A DNA stretch of 64,000 bases from an uncultured delta proteobacterium (GTDB lineage: Bacteria > Desulfobacterota > RBG-13-43-22), in NCBI GenBank assembly GCA_963711835.1, contig CAVQFQ010000005.1, positions 329,759 to 393,758 on the forward strand. Direction: 5' to 3'. The notes beneath the pieces were generated by a model, which did no database searches, was not told the origin of the DNA, and saw only the letters and a program-made list of their open reading frames with translations. The position numbers were made by a program, and so were the translations under genes. Shown in pieces: positions 22,427-32,505 of the stretch (position 1 is the stretch's first letter; each line of letters begins with the position of its first letter).

Positions 22427-22600
22427 TAAGGCATTTGGTATGCTTTAAAAAAATATACATATTTAGGAGGTCTTAATGAAAAGAGGAATCACAGATGGTT
22501 AAACTCGAGAACGAAAAGGGAATAGGGAATGTGGTAGTTATAAATAAAATTATCCAAAACCCCGGCAACTTGCCATTAATCACCAATAAGGAGACAGATC

Positions 22601-23101
22601 ATGAAACGAATTGCCCATCAGTTCACTAATCCCACTTCACTCGTTATTGCGGCGGTGGCCTTCTTCGTCACTATCGTTTTCGCCAGTGCAACTCTTTCCT
22701 ACGCCGTTTCGGCCAACCCAGCCCAGAAAACCTTTACCAGGACCTCTAAAGTCGACCGCACCGAGGCTCGCATCATAGACCTTCATGCCAGGCTCAAAAT
22801 CACACCAGCCCAGGAAGACCTATGGAATAAGGTCACCCAGGTGATGCGGGACAATGCCAAGACAATAGACACCCTCAACCAGGCCAGGTTCGAAAAAGCA
22901 AAGGCCATGACCGCTGTCGAAGATCTCAAATCCTATAGCGAAATCGCCCAAGCCCATGCGGATGGGCTCAAAAATTTCATTCCAGCCTTCGAGGCGCTCT
23001 ATGCCGCCATGTCGGACGACCAGAAGAAGGATGCGGATACCCTGTTTCGCCATGGAAGTGGAAGCCATAGGCACTCAAAGACAAAGAGCAGAAGCAGATG
23101 A
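22601..23101 (+). CDS. Spy/CpxP-family (LTXXQ) periplasmic protein
   Basis: Signal peptide; LKITPAQE and LYAAMSDDQKK.AD motifs. Confidence 0.75.
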   Translation: MKRIAHQFTNPTSLVIAAVAFFVTIVFASATLSYAVSANPAQKTFTRTSKVDRTEARIIDLHARLKITPAQEDLWNKVTQVMRDNAKTIDTLNQARFEKAKAMTAVEDLKSYSEIAQAHADGLKNFIPAFEALYAAMSDDQKKDADTLFRHGSGSHRHSKTKSRSR

Positions 23102-23181
23102 TCGTGAGTACAACAACGTCAATTCAAGACAGGAAACCTTTACCTGTGAAAAGGAATCGTTCCAAGAAAGGAAGGGTACTT

Positions 23182-23472
23182 ATGAGAACTTCAATCGTCG
23201 GTAAGATCGTGATGGCGCTCATCTTCGCCTCGGTGATCGGCGGCATCTCCGCGGGGCCGGCGCTCGGCAAAAATGGCAATAGGGGCCAAGGGCCACAGCA
23301 ACGTGGCTGGCAGGACAATCGAGGCTGGCACGATAATCGAGGCTGGCACGATAATCGCAGCTGGCAATGGGATCGTGGACGGCGTGTGTACCGGCCCCAT
23401 GGCTACTACCAGCCTGTCCCGGTTCCGTCGCCCGGCATCACCATCTTTTTCCCGCCGTTCGTCATTCGATAG
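23182..23472 (+). CDS. Small exported protein with RGW(Q/H)DN repeats
   Basis: Signal peptide ending ALG; 18-nt tandem repeat at ~23300-23370; C-terminal PSPGITIFFP. Confidence 0.7.
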   Translation: MRTSIVGKIVMALIFASVIGGISAGPALGKNGNRGQGPQQRGWQDNRGWHDNRGWHDNRSWQWDRGRRVYRPHGYYQPVPVPSPGITIFFPPFVIR

Positions 23473-23593
23473 GGGAATCCTCAACGTCGATCGCCGATTG
23501 CTCACGGGCGCCTTACTCCGAGACGTCGTGAGCAATCGAGATAGATTAGGATAAACTTAAGGCGCTTAAATAAAAAAGTATGGGGATTGAGAA

Positions 23594-23743
23594 ATGAAAA
23601 AGATCATTATGTTAGGGATTATCTTAGGGATGGCATTAGCATCTCTTGGGGGCTGTTTTATACCCTATTATGAGGACGACGGAGGATACCGTGGACATGG
23701 TAGGGACAGAGACGGCAGATATGAGCATGAGCATAGAAGATAA
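23594..23743 (+). CDS. Small lipoprotein (49 aa), not in ORF track
   Basis: MKKIIMLGIILGMALASLGGCFIPYYEDDGGYRGHGRDRDGRYEHEHRR; LGGC lipobox. Confidence 0.7.
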   Translation: MKKIIMLGIILGMALASLGGCFIPYYEDDGGYRGHGRDRDGRYEHEHRR

Positions 23744-23893
23744 ATTGGACCCTTACCGGAGGAGGTAAGGGTTTTGGAAAGGAGGTGGTCGGCGGGTCCG
23801 GAAAAGATTTAGCCGAAGCTTACGATACCTTCAGTTAGAAAAAATTTCGCAACCAACTATTTAACCAGTAAATTACAGATAGGAGCAACCGCT

Positions 23894-24208
23894 ATGAAAA
23901 AGAGAAATATTGTTATCCGCTATTTTGTTCTTCTAATGCTGATCGCCACCTTTGCAGCCTGTGCCTCGACACGCACACAAGAAAGTACAGGTCAATACGT
24001 TGACGATTCGGTTATCACGACCAAGGTAAAATCGCTGCTGGCCAATGATGATTTTCTCAAGTCATTCCAGATTGGTGTCGAAACTTTCAAGGGCGTTGTT
24101 CAACTGAGCGGTTTTGTTAATACTCAAAAGGCCGTCGATAAAGCAGTTCAAATCGCCGGTAGCGTCAACGGGGTCAAATCCGTAAAGAATGACCTGATCG
24201 TGAAATAG
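23894..24208 (+). CDS. Single BON-domain lipoprotein (OsmY-like)
   Basis: AAC lipobox, STGQYVDDSVITTKVK, VETFKGVVQLSGFV, GVKSVKNDL. Confidence 0.92.
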   Translation: MKKRNIVIRYFVLLMLIATFAACASTRTQESTGQYVDDSVITTKVKSLLANDDFLKSFQIGVETFKGVVQLSGFVNTQKAVDKAVQIAGSVNGVKSVKNDLIVK

Positions 24209-24284
24209 GCGACCCGTTACCCTTTGCCGGTTATGGACAAAAAAGATTCTGCTTTTCCTCAAAAAAGAGGAGAGGAGGGAAGTC

Positions 24285-24437
24285 ATGGGAATCATCCTGG
24301 TCGTCATCTTAGTCATCGTGCTCATCGGCGCCCTGCCCACCTGGGGCCACAGTAAGTCCTGGGGGCCTTATCCCAGCGGCGGAATCGGATTGATCCTCCT
24401 GATATTAATCATCCTGTTGCTACTGGGGCGAATCTGA
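24285..24437 (+). CDS. DUF3309-family small membrane protein (50 aa), copy 2
   Basis: MGIILVVILVIVLIGALPTWGHSKSWGPYPSGGIG...; near-identical DNA to 17226-17378. Confidence 0.85.
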   Translation: MGIILVVILVIVLIGALPTWGHSKSWGPYPSGGIGLILLILIILLLLGRI

Positions 24438-24626
24438 GGGGGTTTTTATGGCACATGAATAAGTCCTCAGCACCAACGACATAGAAAAGAGCATAGATTT
24501 CGAGTCGTCTTGAATCCCTAGAAAGGAACATGAACAGGGTTTGGTAAAACGCATAGAGCTCTAATCGTAGTCTATGAATTGGGGAAATCTCGACTCATAT
24601 AGAGCTTAGAAAGGAGGCCAGATGCC

Positions 24627-24761
24627 ATGCAACTCAGTATATCGCCACAGCCGCTGGTTGCTCTAATCGCGGGAATCTTGATTCTCTTTGTCCCGAGACT
24701 ATTGAATTATATCGTTGCCATCTATCTAATTATATTTGGCATTCTCGGGTTGGTCCGCTGA
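24627..24761 (+). CDS. DUF3096-family small membrane protein (44 aa)
   Basis: PLVALIAGILILFVPRLLNYIVAIYLIIFGILGL; AGGAGG upstream. Confidence 0.85.
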   Translation: MQLSISPQPLVALIAGILILFVPRLLNYIVAIYLIIFGILGLVR

Positions 24762-24985
24762 TTGGCTAGCGAATCTTCTATTGATGGGGTGCGCAAGGTA
24801 AATAATCTCCTTAATGATCAAAAAATAATTAGGGCATGGCCTGGGAAATCAACCACAAGGCTTGTAAGAAATTTTCCACCAAAGACAAGGTTCCCTCCAA
24901 AGGCATGAAATGAAAGTAAAAAGGAAACTTAATAAATGAGTGCTAAATTGATCGCTATAATCGTCTCAAACAAAGGAGAGAAACG

Positions 24986-27319
24986 ATGAAGAGGACGATG
25001 AAGAGATGGATGGGGTTGGTGGTGTGTTTGTTTCTTGCAGCGGTGGTGATGGTTCAGTCGTCCTCGGCTGCAGACGCACCGGCCATGGTGGTAGGCCGCA
25101 TATTTCATATCGAAGGGGACCTGCTCCGCTATGTTCCTGAGGAGAAAGACTGGGTGGCCGTGGTCAGGGACGCACCCTTCGGCACAGAGGATACATTCTT
25201 TTCAGGAAGCCGAGGGATGGCGGAGCTGATCGCACCCAACGGGACCTGGATCAGGGTTGGGAACAGCACACAGATCCAGTTTATTGTTCTCGATACGGAC
25301 CTGTCCGAAACGGACGTGGCTGCGGGCGTAGCCCGGTTCTATAATAAAGGCTCCGATACGGTCATTAAAGCCACAAGTCCCTTCGGGTACGTCCTGGCTT
25401 ATCCCGGCACAGTCTTCGACTTTTACGTGGGTGAAAACTCCGTCGAAGTGGTCGCGGTGCGGGGGAAGGTGAGTTTCGTCCACGCGGCAACTGAGGCCAA
25501 ATACGACGTGGCGGCCGGATCCCCATCGATCCTCGCTGACCAGCAGCAAGTGTCCTCAGGCGAGGGAACCGTCGATCCTGACTGGAACCGGTGGAACACG
25601 GGCCGTGAAGGCTTTTGGGCGGCGAAGGCCAGGGTAAGGGGACGCTCGGTCGAATATCTTCCGCCCAGCCTCCGAGACGATGCGTATGCTTTTGAAGAGA
25701 ACGGAAGGTGGGAGAGGGTCCCCTATGAGGGTACGGAGCGCTGGTTCTGGCGGCCTACCACCGTAGCCGCGGGATGGTCGCCTTTCACCGTGGGCCGCTG
25801 GACCGACTGGTACGGGGACCAGACCTGGATTCCGGAAGAACCTTTCGGTTACGTCACCCACCATTACGGCAATTGGGTTTACGCCCGGAATAACTGGTAT
25901 TGGGCCCCGCCTGTGCTGAGTGTGCGCATCGGTCTTCCCCTCCTCGACGTGGGCTTCTTCTGGTATCCCGGAAGAGTTTCATGGATTCACACGGGAGCTT
26001 ATGTGGGCTGGGTGCCTCTGGCGCCGCGCGAGACGTACTACAGCCACCGTCACTGGGGAGGCCCTCATGCGGTGGTCGTGAACAACATCAACATCACCCA
26101 GATCAACATCAACGTTCGGAATTATGCCTATGTAAACCAGGCCATCGTGGTCTCCCAGAACGATTTCTACCGTGTGAACAATTACAGGAATGTACGGGTA
26201 ACCAACGTAAACTCTGCCACCATCATCAATGACTACCGTGCGACGCCGGTCGTCAATAACACGGTGATCAAAAATTACACGACGGACAAGCAGCGGTACA
26301 ACTACACCAACGTAAAAGTGAACGAGAAACCTCACAATACCGTGATTAATCGAATCCAGCAGAACCAGGCAATCATCCGCGAGGGGAAGAAAGAAAAAGC
26401 TTCGGTGCTCCAGGAACGAGTGAAGAGCATCCCGGAAGGGAGGGTCAACCGCGAGGCCCGGATCGAAGCGCCCAAGGCCACGAACTTTATCGTACCAGCC
26501 AGTGAGGTGAACCGGCCAAAATCCGAAATAAAGCTTCAGCAAAAGGAGATTAAAAGTGCCGGAAGGGGGGTCCCGCCAGCTCAGCCTGGACAGCCTGCTG
26601 CACGGCCAGAGCGCGTGGCTCCGGCCAGGCCGAGCCAGCAGCAGGATAAACCCGGTCAACCCGCAGGACCAGAGCGAGTGAGCCCTGCAAAACCTGCTCA
26701 GCCCGGGCCGCCTACTGCACGTCCTGAGCGCGCGGCACCGCCAAAGCCGGACCAGCAGGAGAAACCCGGTCAACCCGCAGGACCAGAGCGAGTGAGTCCT
26801 GCAAAACCAGCTCAGCCCGGGCCGCCTACTGCACGTCCTGAGCGCGCGGCACCGCCAAAGCCGGACCAGCAGGAGAAACCCGGTCAACCCGCAGGACCAG
26901 AACGAGTGAGTCCTGCAAAACCTGCTCAGCCTCGGCAGCCTGCTGCGCAACCAGAGCGCGTGGCGCCGGCCAGGCCGAGCCAGCAGCAGGAGAAACCCGG
27001 TCAACCCGCAGGACCAGAGCGAGTGAGTCCTGCAAAACCAGCTCAGCCCGGACCGCCTGCTGCACGGCCAGAGCGCGCGGCACCGCCAAAGCCGGATCAA
27101 CAGGAGAAACCCGGTCAACCCGCAGGACCAGAACGAGTGAGTCCTGCAAAACCTGCTCAGCCCGGACCGCCTGCTGCACGGCCAGAGCGCGCCGCACCGC
27201 CAAAACCGGACCAGCAGGAGAAGCCCGGTCAACCGGCAGGACCTGAACGGACGAAAAAGCAGAAGCTTCCCGAGGAAGAGCCTCAGGATAAGCCCGGACA
27301 GCAGGAAAAGCAGCGATAA
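24986..27319 (+). CDS. Exported FecR-like/DUF6600 protein with Pro/Gln-rich repeat tail
   Basis: Signal peptide, FecR-like beta region, Trp-rich WRP..GW.PF..GRW...PFGYVTHHYGNW domain. Confidence 0.8.
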   Translation: MKRTMKRWMGLVVCLFLAAVVMVQSSSAADAPAMVVGRIFHIEGDLLRYVPEEKDWVAVVRDAPFGTEDTFFSGSRGMAELIAPNGTWIRVGNSTQIQFIVLDTDLSETDVAAGVARFYNKGSDTVIKATSPFGYVLAYPGTVFDFYVGENSVEVVAVRGKVSFVHAATEAKYDVAAGSPSILADQQQVSSGEGTVDPDWNRWNTGREGFWAAKARVRGRSVEYLPPSLRDDAYAFEENGRWERVPYEGTERWFWRPTTVAAGWSPFTVGRWTDWYGDQTWIPEEPFGYVTHHYGNWVYARNNWYWAPPVLSVRIGLPLLDVGFFWYPGRVSWIHTGAYVGWVPLAPRETYYSHRHWGGPHAVVVNNINITQININVRNYAYVNQAIVVSQNDFYRVNNYRNVRVTNVNSATIINDYRATPVVNNTVIKNYTTDKQRYNYTNVKVNEKPHNTVINRIQQNQAIIREGKKEKASVLQERVKSIPEGRVNREARIEAPKATNFIVPASEVNRPKSEIKLQQKEIKSAGRGVPPAQPGQPAARPERVAPARPSQQQDKPGQPAGPERVSPAKPAQPGPPTARPERAAPPKPDQQEKPGQPAGPERVSPAKPAQPGPPTARPERAAPPKPDQQEKPGQPAGPERVSPAKPAQPRQPAAQPERVAPARPSQQQEKPGQPAGPERVSPAKPAQPGPPAARPERAAPPKPDQQEKPGQPAGPERVSPAKPAQPGPPAARPERAAPPKPDQQEKPGQPAGPERTKKQKLPEEEPQDKPGQQEKQR
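26575..27310 (+). repeat. Intragenic tandem repeat, 114/117-nt units
   Basis: cccggtcaacc anchors at 26651, 26765, 26879, 26996, 27110, 27224. Confidence 0.92.
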
Positions 27320-27356
27320 TTCATCAAATCGTGAAATACATATTCCTTACGGGAAA

Positions 27357-27389
27357 ATGCGGAAGGCCGACCGGTGCGGCCTTCCGTAT
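27357..27389 (+). terminator. GC-rich hairpin after the DUF6600 gene (terminator or stability element)
   Basis: atgcggaaggccg-accggtg-cggccttccgtat; no clear U-tract. Confidence 0.45.
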
Positions 27390-27499
27390 CACATCCCGCT
27401 GGCCCTAAAAAAACATTCGGACACATCAGGACACATCTGACACATCCCATTTATCTTGCACGTCTTCCCTGCCATTTAAAGAAAGCTTAGGAGGCCCCA

Positions 27500-28594
27500 A
27501 TGGATAACAATGTGAAACGCACGGTCAAGGTGCCCGCACTATTGATCCTGGCCAGCTTTGTCATTGTGGTGGCGGGGATGAAGGCGGCCAACTCCATCCT
27601 GGTTCCTTTTTTTCTGGCGGTGTTCATCGCGGTTATTTGCGCTCCGCCATTGTTCTGGCTGCAACGCAAGGGCGTGCCGAAGGTCATTGCGCTTGTTTTC
27701 ATTCTGGTGGCCATCCTGATTGTAGGATTGCTCTTTGGAGCATTGATAGGTCCTTCGCTGAATGATTTCCTGTGCTCCCTTCCCGGCTATCAAGAGCGAT
27801 TATCAACCCATATTGCTGCTTTAATGGGCTGGCTGCGCGAAAAGGGCCTTAACATTCCAGCAGAAGAGGTGTCCGGTGCTTTACATCCAGGGTGGGTGAT
27901 GATCTTGGCCGGGGGTATATTCGCAGCCCTGAGCAGTGTCCTCACACATACGTTTCTGATCCTGCTTGCGGTCGTGTTCATCCTTCTGGAGGCGGCAGAT
28001 TTGCCAAAGAAATTGCGGGTTGTGTTAAAAAACCCGGAGAGGTCGCTTTCTACCATTGAGAAATTCAGCCAGAGCGCCAAGCGCTATTTGGTTATTAAAA
28101 CCCTGACCAGCGCCGCCGTGGGCCTGGTGATCTGGCTTTGGCTCTTAATCCTCGGGGTCGATTATCCGGTGCTCTGGGGGACACTCTCGTTTCTGCTGAA
28201 CTATGTGCCTAATATAGGCGCAATCATTGCTGCCCTGCCTGTCGTCCTTCTCGCTCTCGTCCAGTTAGGGGTGGGGTCTGCCCTTCTGACCGTCCTTGGC
28301 TTTGTCGTGGTGCATATTGTTGTGGGTAATATCATAGAACCAAAACTGATGGGCAAAGGCCTGAGTTTATCGACGCTGGTTGTCTTCCTTTCATTGGTCT
28401 TCTGGGGATGGGTTCTGGGCCCGATTGGTATGATCCTCTCGGTGCCCATGACCAGCCTGGTCACAATCGCACTGGAAAGTTATGAAGAGACACGAGGGCT
28501 CGCCTTCTTGCTGGGATCCGACACCGAGATTGAGTGGATCGAAGGGATGGAGACGGCGGATGCGATGAGGCGCGAAAAAAAGAAGGATATATGA
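27500..28594 (+). CDS. AI-2E family transporter
   Basis: Multi-TM; LLNYVPNIG, GNIIEPKLMG, WGWVLGPIGMILSVP. Confidence 0.92.
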   Translation: MDNNVKRTVKVPALLILASFVIVVAGMKAANSILVPFFLAVFIAVICAPPLFWLQRKGVPKVIALVFILVAILIVGLLFGALIGPSLNDFLCSLPGYQERLSTHIAALMGWLREKGLNIPAEEVSGALHPGWVMILAGGIFAALSSVLTHTFLILLAVVFILLEAADLPKKLRVVLKNPERSLSTIEKFSQSAKRYLVIKTLTSAAVGLVIWLWLLILGVDYPVLWGTLSFLLNYVPNIGAIIAALPVVLLALVQLGVGSALLTVLGFVVVHIVVGNIIEPKLMGKGLSLSTLVVFLSLVFWGWVLGPIGMILSVPMTSLVTIALESYEETRGLAFLLGSDTEIEWIEGMETADAMRREKKKDI

Positions 28595-28682
28595 ACATCA
28601 AACTCCCCGGTGTTCCATTCTTTAAGATGAAATCAGAGATCGCCTCTTGGGAGCCCTCGACGCAACGAGAGGGACTCATCCG

Positions 28683-29534
28683 ATGAGATTCAAGCGGCTC
28701 AAAAAGTTTCTCAAGAACTTCGGTCTCCTCTGGCAGGCTCTAAAAAAATTCAATGATGACAATGGCTTTTTCTTATCTTCGGGGATTACCTTTAATATCC
28801 TCATCAACGTGATTCCTTTTATCATGCTGCTATTGGCCTTGGTTGGAACTTATCTCTACAACGACCAGGAAGTGCTCAATCATATTCGCGCCTATCTCAA
28901 AGATGTGGCTCCGGCCTTGGATCCAAAGATAATGGGAAACCTTATGGACCTCATCCAGAGCCGTCAGATTGTGGGAATCCTGGGATTTGTAAGTTTGCTC
29001 TGGTTCTCCACCTGGGTCTTCAGCTCCCTGCGGATCGCTCTCAATATCGTGTTCCGGGTGGAGAAGAGCCGGGGAATGTTATGGGGAATCGGCATTGACC
29101 TTTTGATGATTCTCCTGGTGGGAATCCTCCTCCTGGTGAGCATGATTCTTACCTCCGTCGTCACCTTCCTACCGGGTTACCAGGGACAGATTCTCGTTGC
29201 GATAGGACCGACGATTCAGTGGATCCTGAAATACCTGCTCCCTTTTTCCCTCACCTATTGCATGTTTGTTTTGATTTACAGGATCATACCTAATAAGAAG
29301 GTCCACCTCACATCCGCCCTTCAGGCGGCCCTCTTTGCGAGCCTGCTCTGGGAACTGGCCAAGCATCTTTTCGGCTGGTATATCGTCCATCTCGCCAGGT
29401 ACTCTATTTTTTATGGCTCATTAAGTACCTTGGTCATGTTCATTTTGTGGGTGTATTATTCTTCAACGATTCTCATTGTGGGTGGGGAGTTTGCTTATTT
29501 CCTGGAAGAAGATCGTCAAAGATCAATGGCCTGA
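28683..29534 (+). CDS. YihY/virulence factor BrkB family membrane protein
   Basis: KF..DNGFFLS, ALNIVF, IYRIIP, YGSL...ILWVYYS..ILIVGGEF. Confidence 0.9.
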   Translation: MRFKRLKKFLKNFGLLWQALKKFNDDNGFFLSSGITFNILINVIPFIMLLLALVGTYLYNDQEVLNHIRAYLKDVAPALDPKIMGNLMDLIQSRQIVGILGFVSLLWFSTWVFSSLRIALNIVFRVEKSRGMLWGIGIDLLMILLVGILLLVSMILTSVVTFLPGYQGQILVAIGPTIQWILKYLLPFSLTYCMFVLIYRIIPNKKVHLTSALQAALFASLLWELAKHLFGWYIVHLARYSIFYGSLSTLVMFILWVYYSSTILIVGGEFAYFLEEDRQRSMA

Positions 29535-29591
29535 CAAGGTCAAAAAAAGAAAGGGTGACTTCGCGTGTGTCGGATTAAGTTGTTCGGTTAC

Positions 29592-29751
29592 CCTCAAAGA
29601 TCTCCTCAATATATGGAGGTTCCACCAAATAGTGAGGCCAAGAAATAGTTTCAACCTTCTTCGCGATTCCCTACTTTTAATCTAATTTATTGATATTAAT
29701 AGATGATTCCAAACTTCCGCTCTTTCGCAAGCTGCTGGTAGGTTACTTGCA
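29592..29751 (+). promoter_or_regulatory. Sigma54 enhancer-promoter cassette, copy 4
   Basis: CCTCAATATATGGAGG (29604-29619) + CCACCAAATAGTGAGG (29622-29637); minus-strand TATCAATAAATTA IHF consensus at 29683-29695; TGGTAGGTTACTTGCA (29736-29751). Confidence 0.85.
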
Positions 29752-29799
29752 GTTATTATTTTCATGATTCTGGTCGCCTTTGGAAAGGGGGGATAAAAC

Positions 29800-30066
29800 A
29801 TGGCAGGATATGATTGGGGCAAAGGACTGGTCAAGGGATTGTTTTGGGGTGGCTTAATTGGTGTAGTTATTGGCATCCTCTATGCCACGAAAAGGGACAA
29901 GGGGACCTGGGAGGCCATCGGTAAGTCTGCGGATGAGTTGGTTGATAAAACCAAGGAGCAGATTGGGCAGGCGCAGAGGAAAATGGAGGAAGTGGCGGAC
30001 CGTGGGAAGGATTCATACGCAGGGGACAAGGAAAGTCTAAAGGAAGCCGGGGCCCCTCAGGTATAG
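29800..30066 (+). CDS. YtxH-like protein (possibly truncated)
   Basis: KGLFWGGLIGVVIGILYA followed by a charged helix. Confidence 0.65.
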   Translation: MAGYDWGKGLVKGLFWGGLIGVVIGILYATKRDKGTWEAIGKSADELVDKTKEQIGQAQRKMEEVADRGKDSYAGDKESLKEAGAPQV

Positions 30067-30136
30067 GGGGCCTTCTGATAAGAGTCGGAAAGACAACGAT
30101 CAAAGGCAACAAAATAATACATAAGGAGAAAGTATA

Positions 30137-30892
30137 ATGAAAGCAATGTATTCTGTAGCCTTGATGGTGGCCGTGGTCGCTCTGTTGGCGATCAGTGCGC
30201 CTCTTTACGCGTCCAGGATGGATGACCGCATTGAATCGTCGGCCAGGAAGTCGTATATTTTCCAGACCTACCTGACGGGTGACGATATTAAAATCGAGTC
30301 CAAGGATGGCGTCGTCACCCTGACGGGGATGATCGCTGCAGAATTCCACAAATCATTGGCCCAGGAAACCGTAGCGGGACTGCCCGGGGTCAAAAGCGTG
30401 GACAACAGGCTGGAAGTCAAAGGTGCGCCCCCCACCGCAAACTCGGATGCCTGGCTCAGTGAGAAAGTAAAAACTACGCTCTTATTCCATCGGAGCGTGA
30501 AGACCGGCGAGACTGAGGTTCACGTCCAAGAAGGCATCGTGACCCTGCGAGGCAATGCCGTCAGCCAGGCAAAAAAGGATCTGACGACCGAATACGCCAA
30601 GGATGTCGAAGGGGTCAAAGATGTAAAAAATGAGATGACGGTGTCAAGGCCCTCGAAAAAGACACAAAGCGTGGGCAAAAAGATAGATGACGCTTCCACC
30701 ACTGCCCAGGTCAAGATGACATTGCTGTTTCATCGCTCGACCAGTGCCCTCAACACCAAGGTCGTAACGAAGAACGGCCTGGTCACGTTGTATGGCAAGG
30801 CCAGTAGCACAGCCGAAAAGGAGGTGGTCACCAAAATCGTCAACGACGTAAACGGCGTGAGGCGCGTAACTAACCGGATGACTATCGAGTAG
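30137..30892 (+). CDS. OsmY-like periplasmic protein with three BON domains
   Basis: Signal peptide; three DG/EG/NG-VVTL.G...GVK.V.N repeats. Confidence 0.92.
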   Translation: MKAMYSVALMVAVVALLAISAPLYASRMDDRIESSARKSYIFQTYLTGDDIKIESKDGVVTLTGMIAAEFHKSLAQETVAGLPGVKSVDNRLEVKGAPPTANSDAWLSEKVKTTLLFHRSVKTGETEVHVQEGIVTLRGNAVSQAKKDLTTEYAKDVEGVKDVKNEMTVSRPSKKTQSVGKKIDDASTTAQVKMTLLFHRSTSALNTKVVTKNGLVTLYGKASSTAEKEVVTKIVNDVNGVRRVTNRMTIE

Positions 30893-30990
30893 CCCGAGTC
30901 CAAGACCAATGAGACTGCTCGATTACTGCCGGCTTGTGTAGAGATCCATCAGCCGGCAGCCAATCTAAAACAAACGGAAAGAAGTATCCT

Positions 30991-31260
30991 ATGGTTATAT
31001 TCTGGACGATTACGGTGATCATGACCATGCAAAGGGAGATAGGGTTGGTGAGCAGTAACACGATGGGATGGTTAACTCTTATCCTGATGGTAATCACTTT
31101 TATCGTGGTGTTGGTCAGCTTCATTCAGAGGCGGAGAGCCGCTTGGCCTGCGGGAGTTAGTTGGAGGTTATGGCGGATTAAACTGATGACGAGATCAAGA
31201 GTGAGCGAAATGGAGTACCAGACAGTCAAACCGAAATCCGAGGGGAGGAAACTATTATGA
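30991..31260 (+). pseudogene. Decayed lmo0937-family copy
   Basis: IFWTITVI...GLVSSNTMGW..LILMVITFIVVLVSFIQRRR aligns with 21178-21324, but TM1 is disrupted and the stop is lost. Confidence 0.55.
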
Positions 31261-31436
31261 AATCCAGCACCAAGGACCAGGCTCAAGGTAAGTTTCACGA
31301 AGTGAAGGGTAAGGTCAAGGAGAAAGTCGGCAAACTCACCTCAAATCCCAAGCTGGAAGCCGAAGGCAAAAGCGAAAAGCGGGTCGGGAAAGTTCAACGA
31401 GTGATCGGTAACGTCAAGAACATCCTGGGGAAGTAG
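31257..31436 (+). CDS. CsbD-family general stress protein (59 aa), not in ORF track
   Basis: MKSSTKDQAQGKFHEVKGKVKEKVGKLTSNPKLEAEGKSEKRVGKVQ; GGAGG RBS. Confidence 0.88.
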   Translation: MKSSTKDQAQGKFHEVKGKVKEKVGKLTSNPKLEAEGKSEKRVGKVQRVIGNVKNILGK

Positions 31437-31575
31437 GTGAAGTCAAGACTGCCCTCCGCAACGCGGCCTTAAAGTTCAAATGAGTAGGGCCGTTGAATGG
31501 TTCATCCGCAGTACCTAAGCAGGAGCGGACCTTTTTGGCCTGCCTCCGGAAACAAGAGAGGAGGTGTATTAGATC

Positions 31576-31767
31576 ATGCCTTTAACTCAAGTCATTGTGG
31601 TTCTGATCGTGGTTGGTGTTATTCTCTGGCTCATCAACCGATTCATCCCAATGGCGGGCTCCATTAAGTCGATTTTGAATGCCGTCGTGGTCATTGCCGT
31701 TGTCTTGTGGCTCCTGAGCGTTTTTGGGGTTTTAAGTTCCCTCTCCAGGATCCGCGTGGGGAGGTAA
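31576..31767 (+). CDS. Thivi_2564-like small membrane protein
   Basis: LIVVGVILWLINRFIPMAGSIKSILNAVVVIAVVLWLL; GGAGG RBS. Confidence 0.8.
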   Translation: MPLTQVIVVLIVVGVILWLINRFIPMAGSIKSILNAVVVIAVVLWLLSVFGVLSSLSRIRVGR

Positions 31768-31886
31768 CACCCTTGGTTCAGCGCGGATGGGGCCAAGTCG
31801 CCATGGTTCCATAGGAAGCCATCCGCGCACGGGGAACGTATAATTTTTCATGAACTTCTTAGAAAGCAGATCAGAAAGGAACCATC

Positions 31887-32165
31887 ATGCCGACGACCTT
31901 AAAATCCAAGAGTATAGAACAATTACTGGCGGAGGCCGATGAGCTTATCCATAAAATAAATTCCGATGTCTTGGAAGACCTGGAAGAGGAACATCGCCTC
32001 CAGTTTGAAAAACATGCCCAAAGACTGCAGGAACTCAAGTCTGAAGTTCAGGCCAAGACCGAGAATAAAGGAACAATGGAATCATTTTCATCGGCCGAGG
32101 GAATGCACGAGGCAGTCCTGGATATTATCAAGGCCATGAAGGAATTGACCGCCTTTCTGACCTGA
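31887..32165 (+). CDS. Hypothetical helical protein
   Basis: AAGGA RBS; 92-aa charged helical ORF. Confidence 0.65.
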   Translation: MPTTLKSKSIEQLLAEADELIHKINSDVLEDLEEEHRLQFEKHAQRLQELKSEVQAKTENKGTMESFSSAEGMHEAVLDIIKAMKELTAFLT

Positions 32166-32276
32166 TTTGCGTCAAGGGCCTTGAAAAAAAACCGGCCGCT
32201 CAATCCATCGAGGCAACAGACCGATGGAACCCTTTGGCCGGCGGAAGAAGGACCCTTTGGAAAGAAAGGAAACGGT

Positions 32277-32445
32277 ATGATTTCAAAAATTCTTGTTCCT
32301 ACTGATGGATCAAAAGCAGCTCAAAAGGCGGCACGGGATGCGGTTGACCTGACAAGACGGTTAAAAGCTTCGGTAATTCCTTGCGCGTTATCGATGAGGG
32401 CTCATTTATAAGCCAGAGCATTCCCGCAGGGGAGACACGGCAAGA
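32277..32445 (+). pseudogene. Universal stress protein (UspA-like) N-terminal remnant
   Basis: MISKILVPTDGSKAAQKAA..AVDL; frame lost after ~35 codons. Confidence 0.7.
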
Positions 32446-32505
32446 CAGGTGAGGGAAATCTAAGGGACCCAAATAAATTCGGAGAGAAATAAAAGGAGGC
32501 TGTCT

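Noticed and set aside
26575-27310. Tandem repeat as a CRISPR array, or the antisense 417-aa ORF 25979-27232 as a gene
   Set aside because: Units are multiples of 3 with synonymous variation in the + frame; the antisense ORF is a shadow of the repeat.
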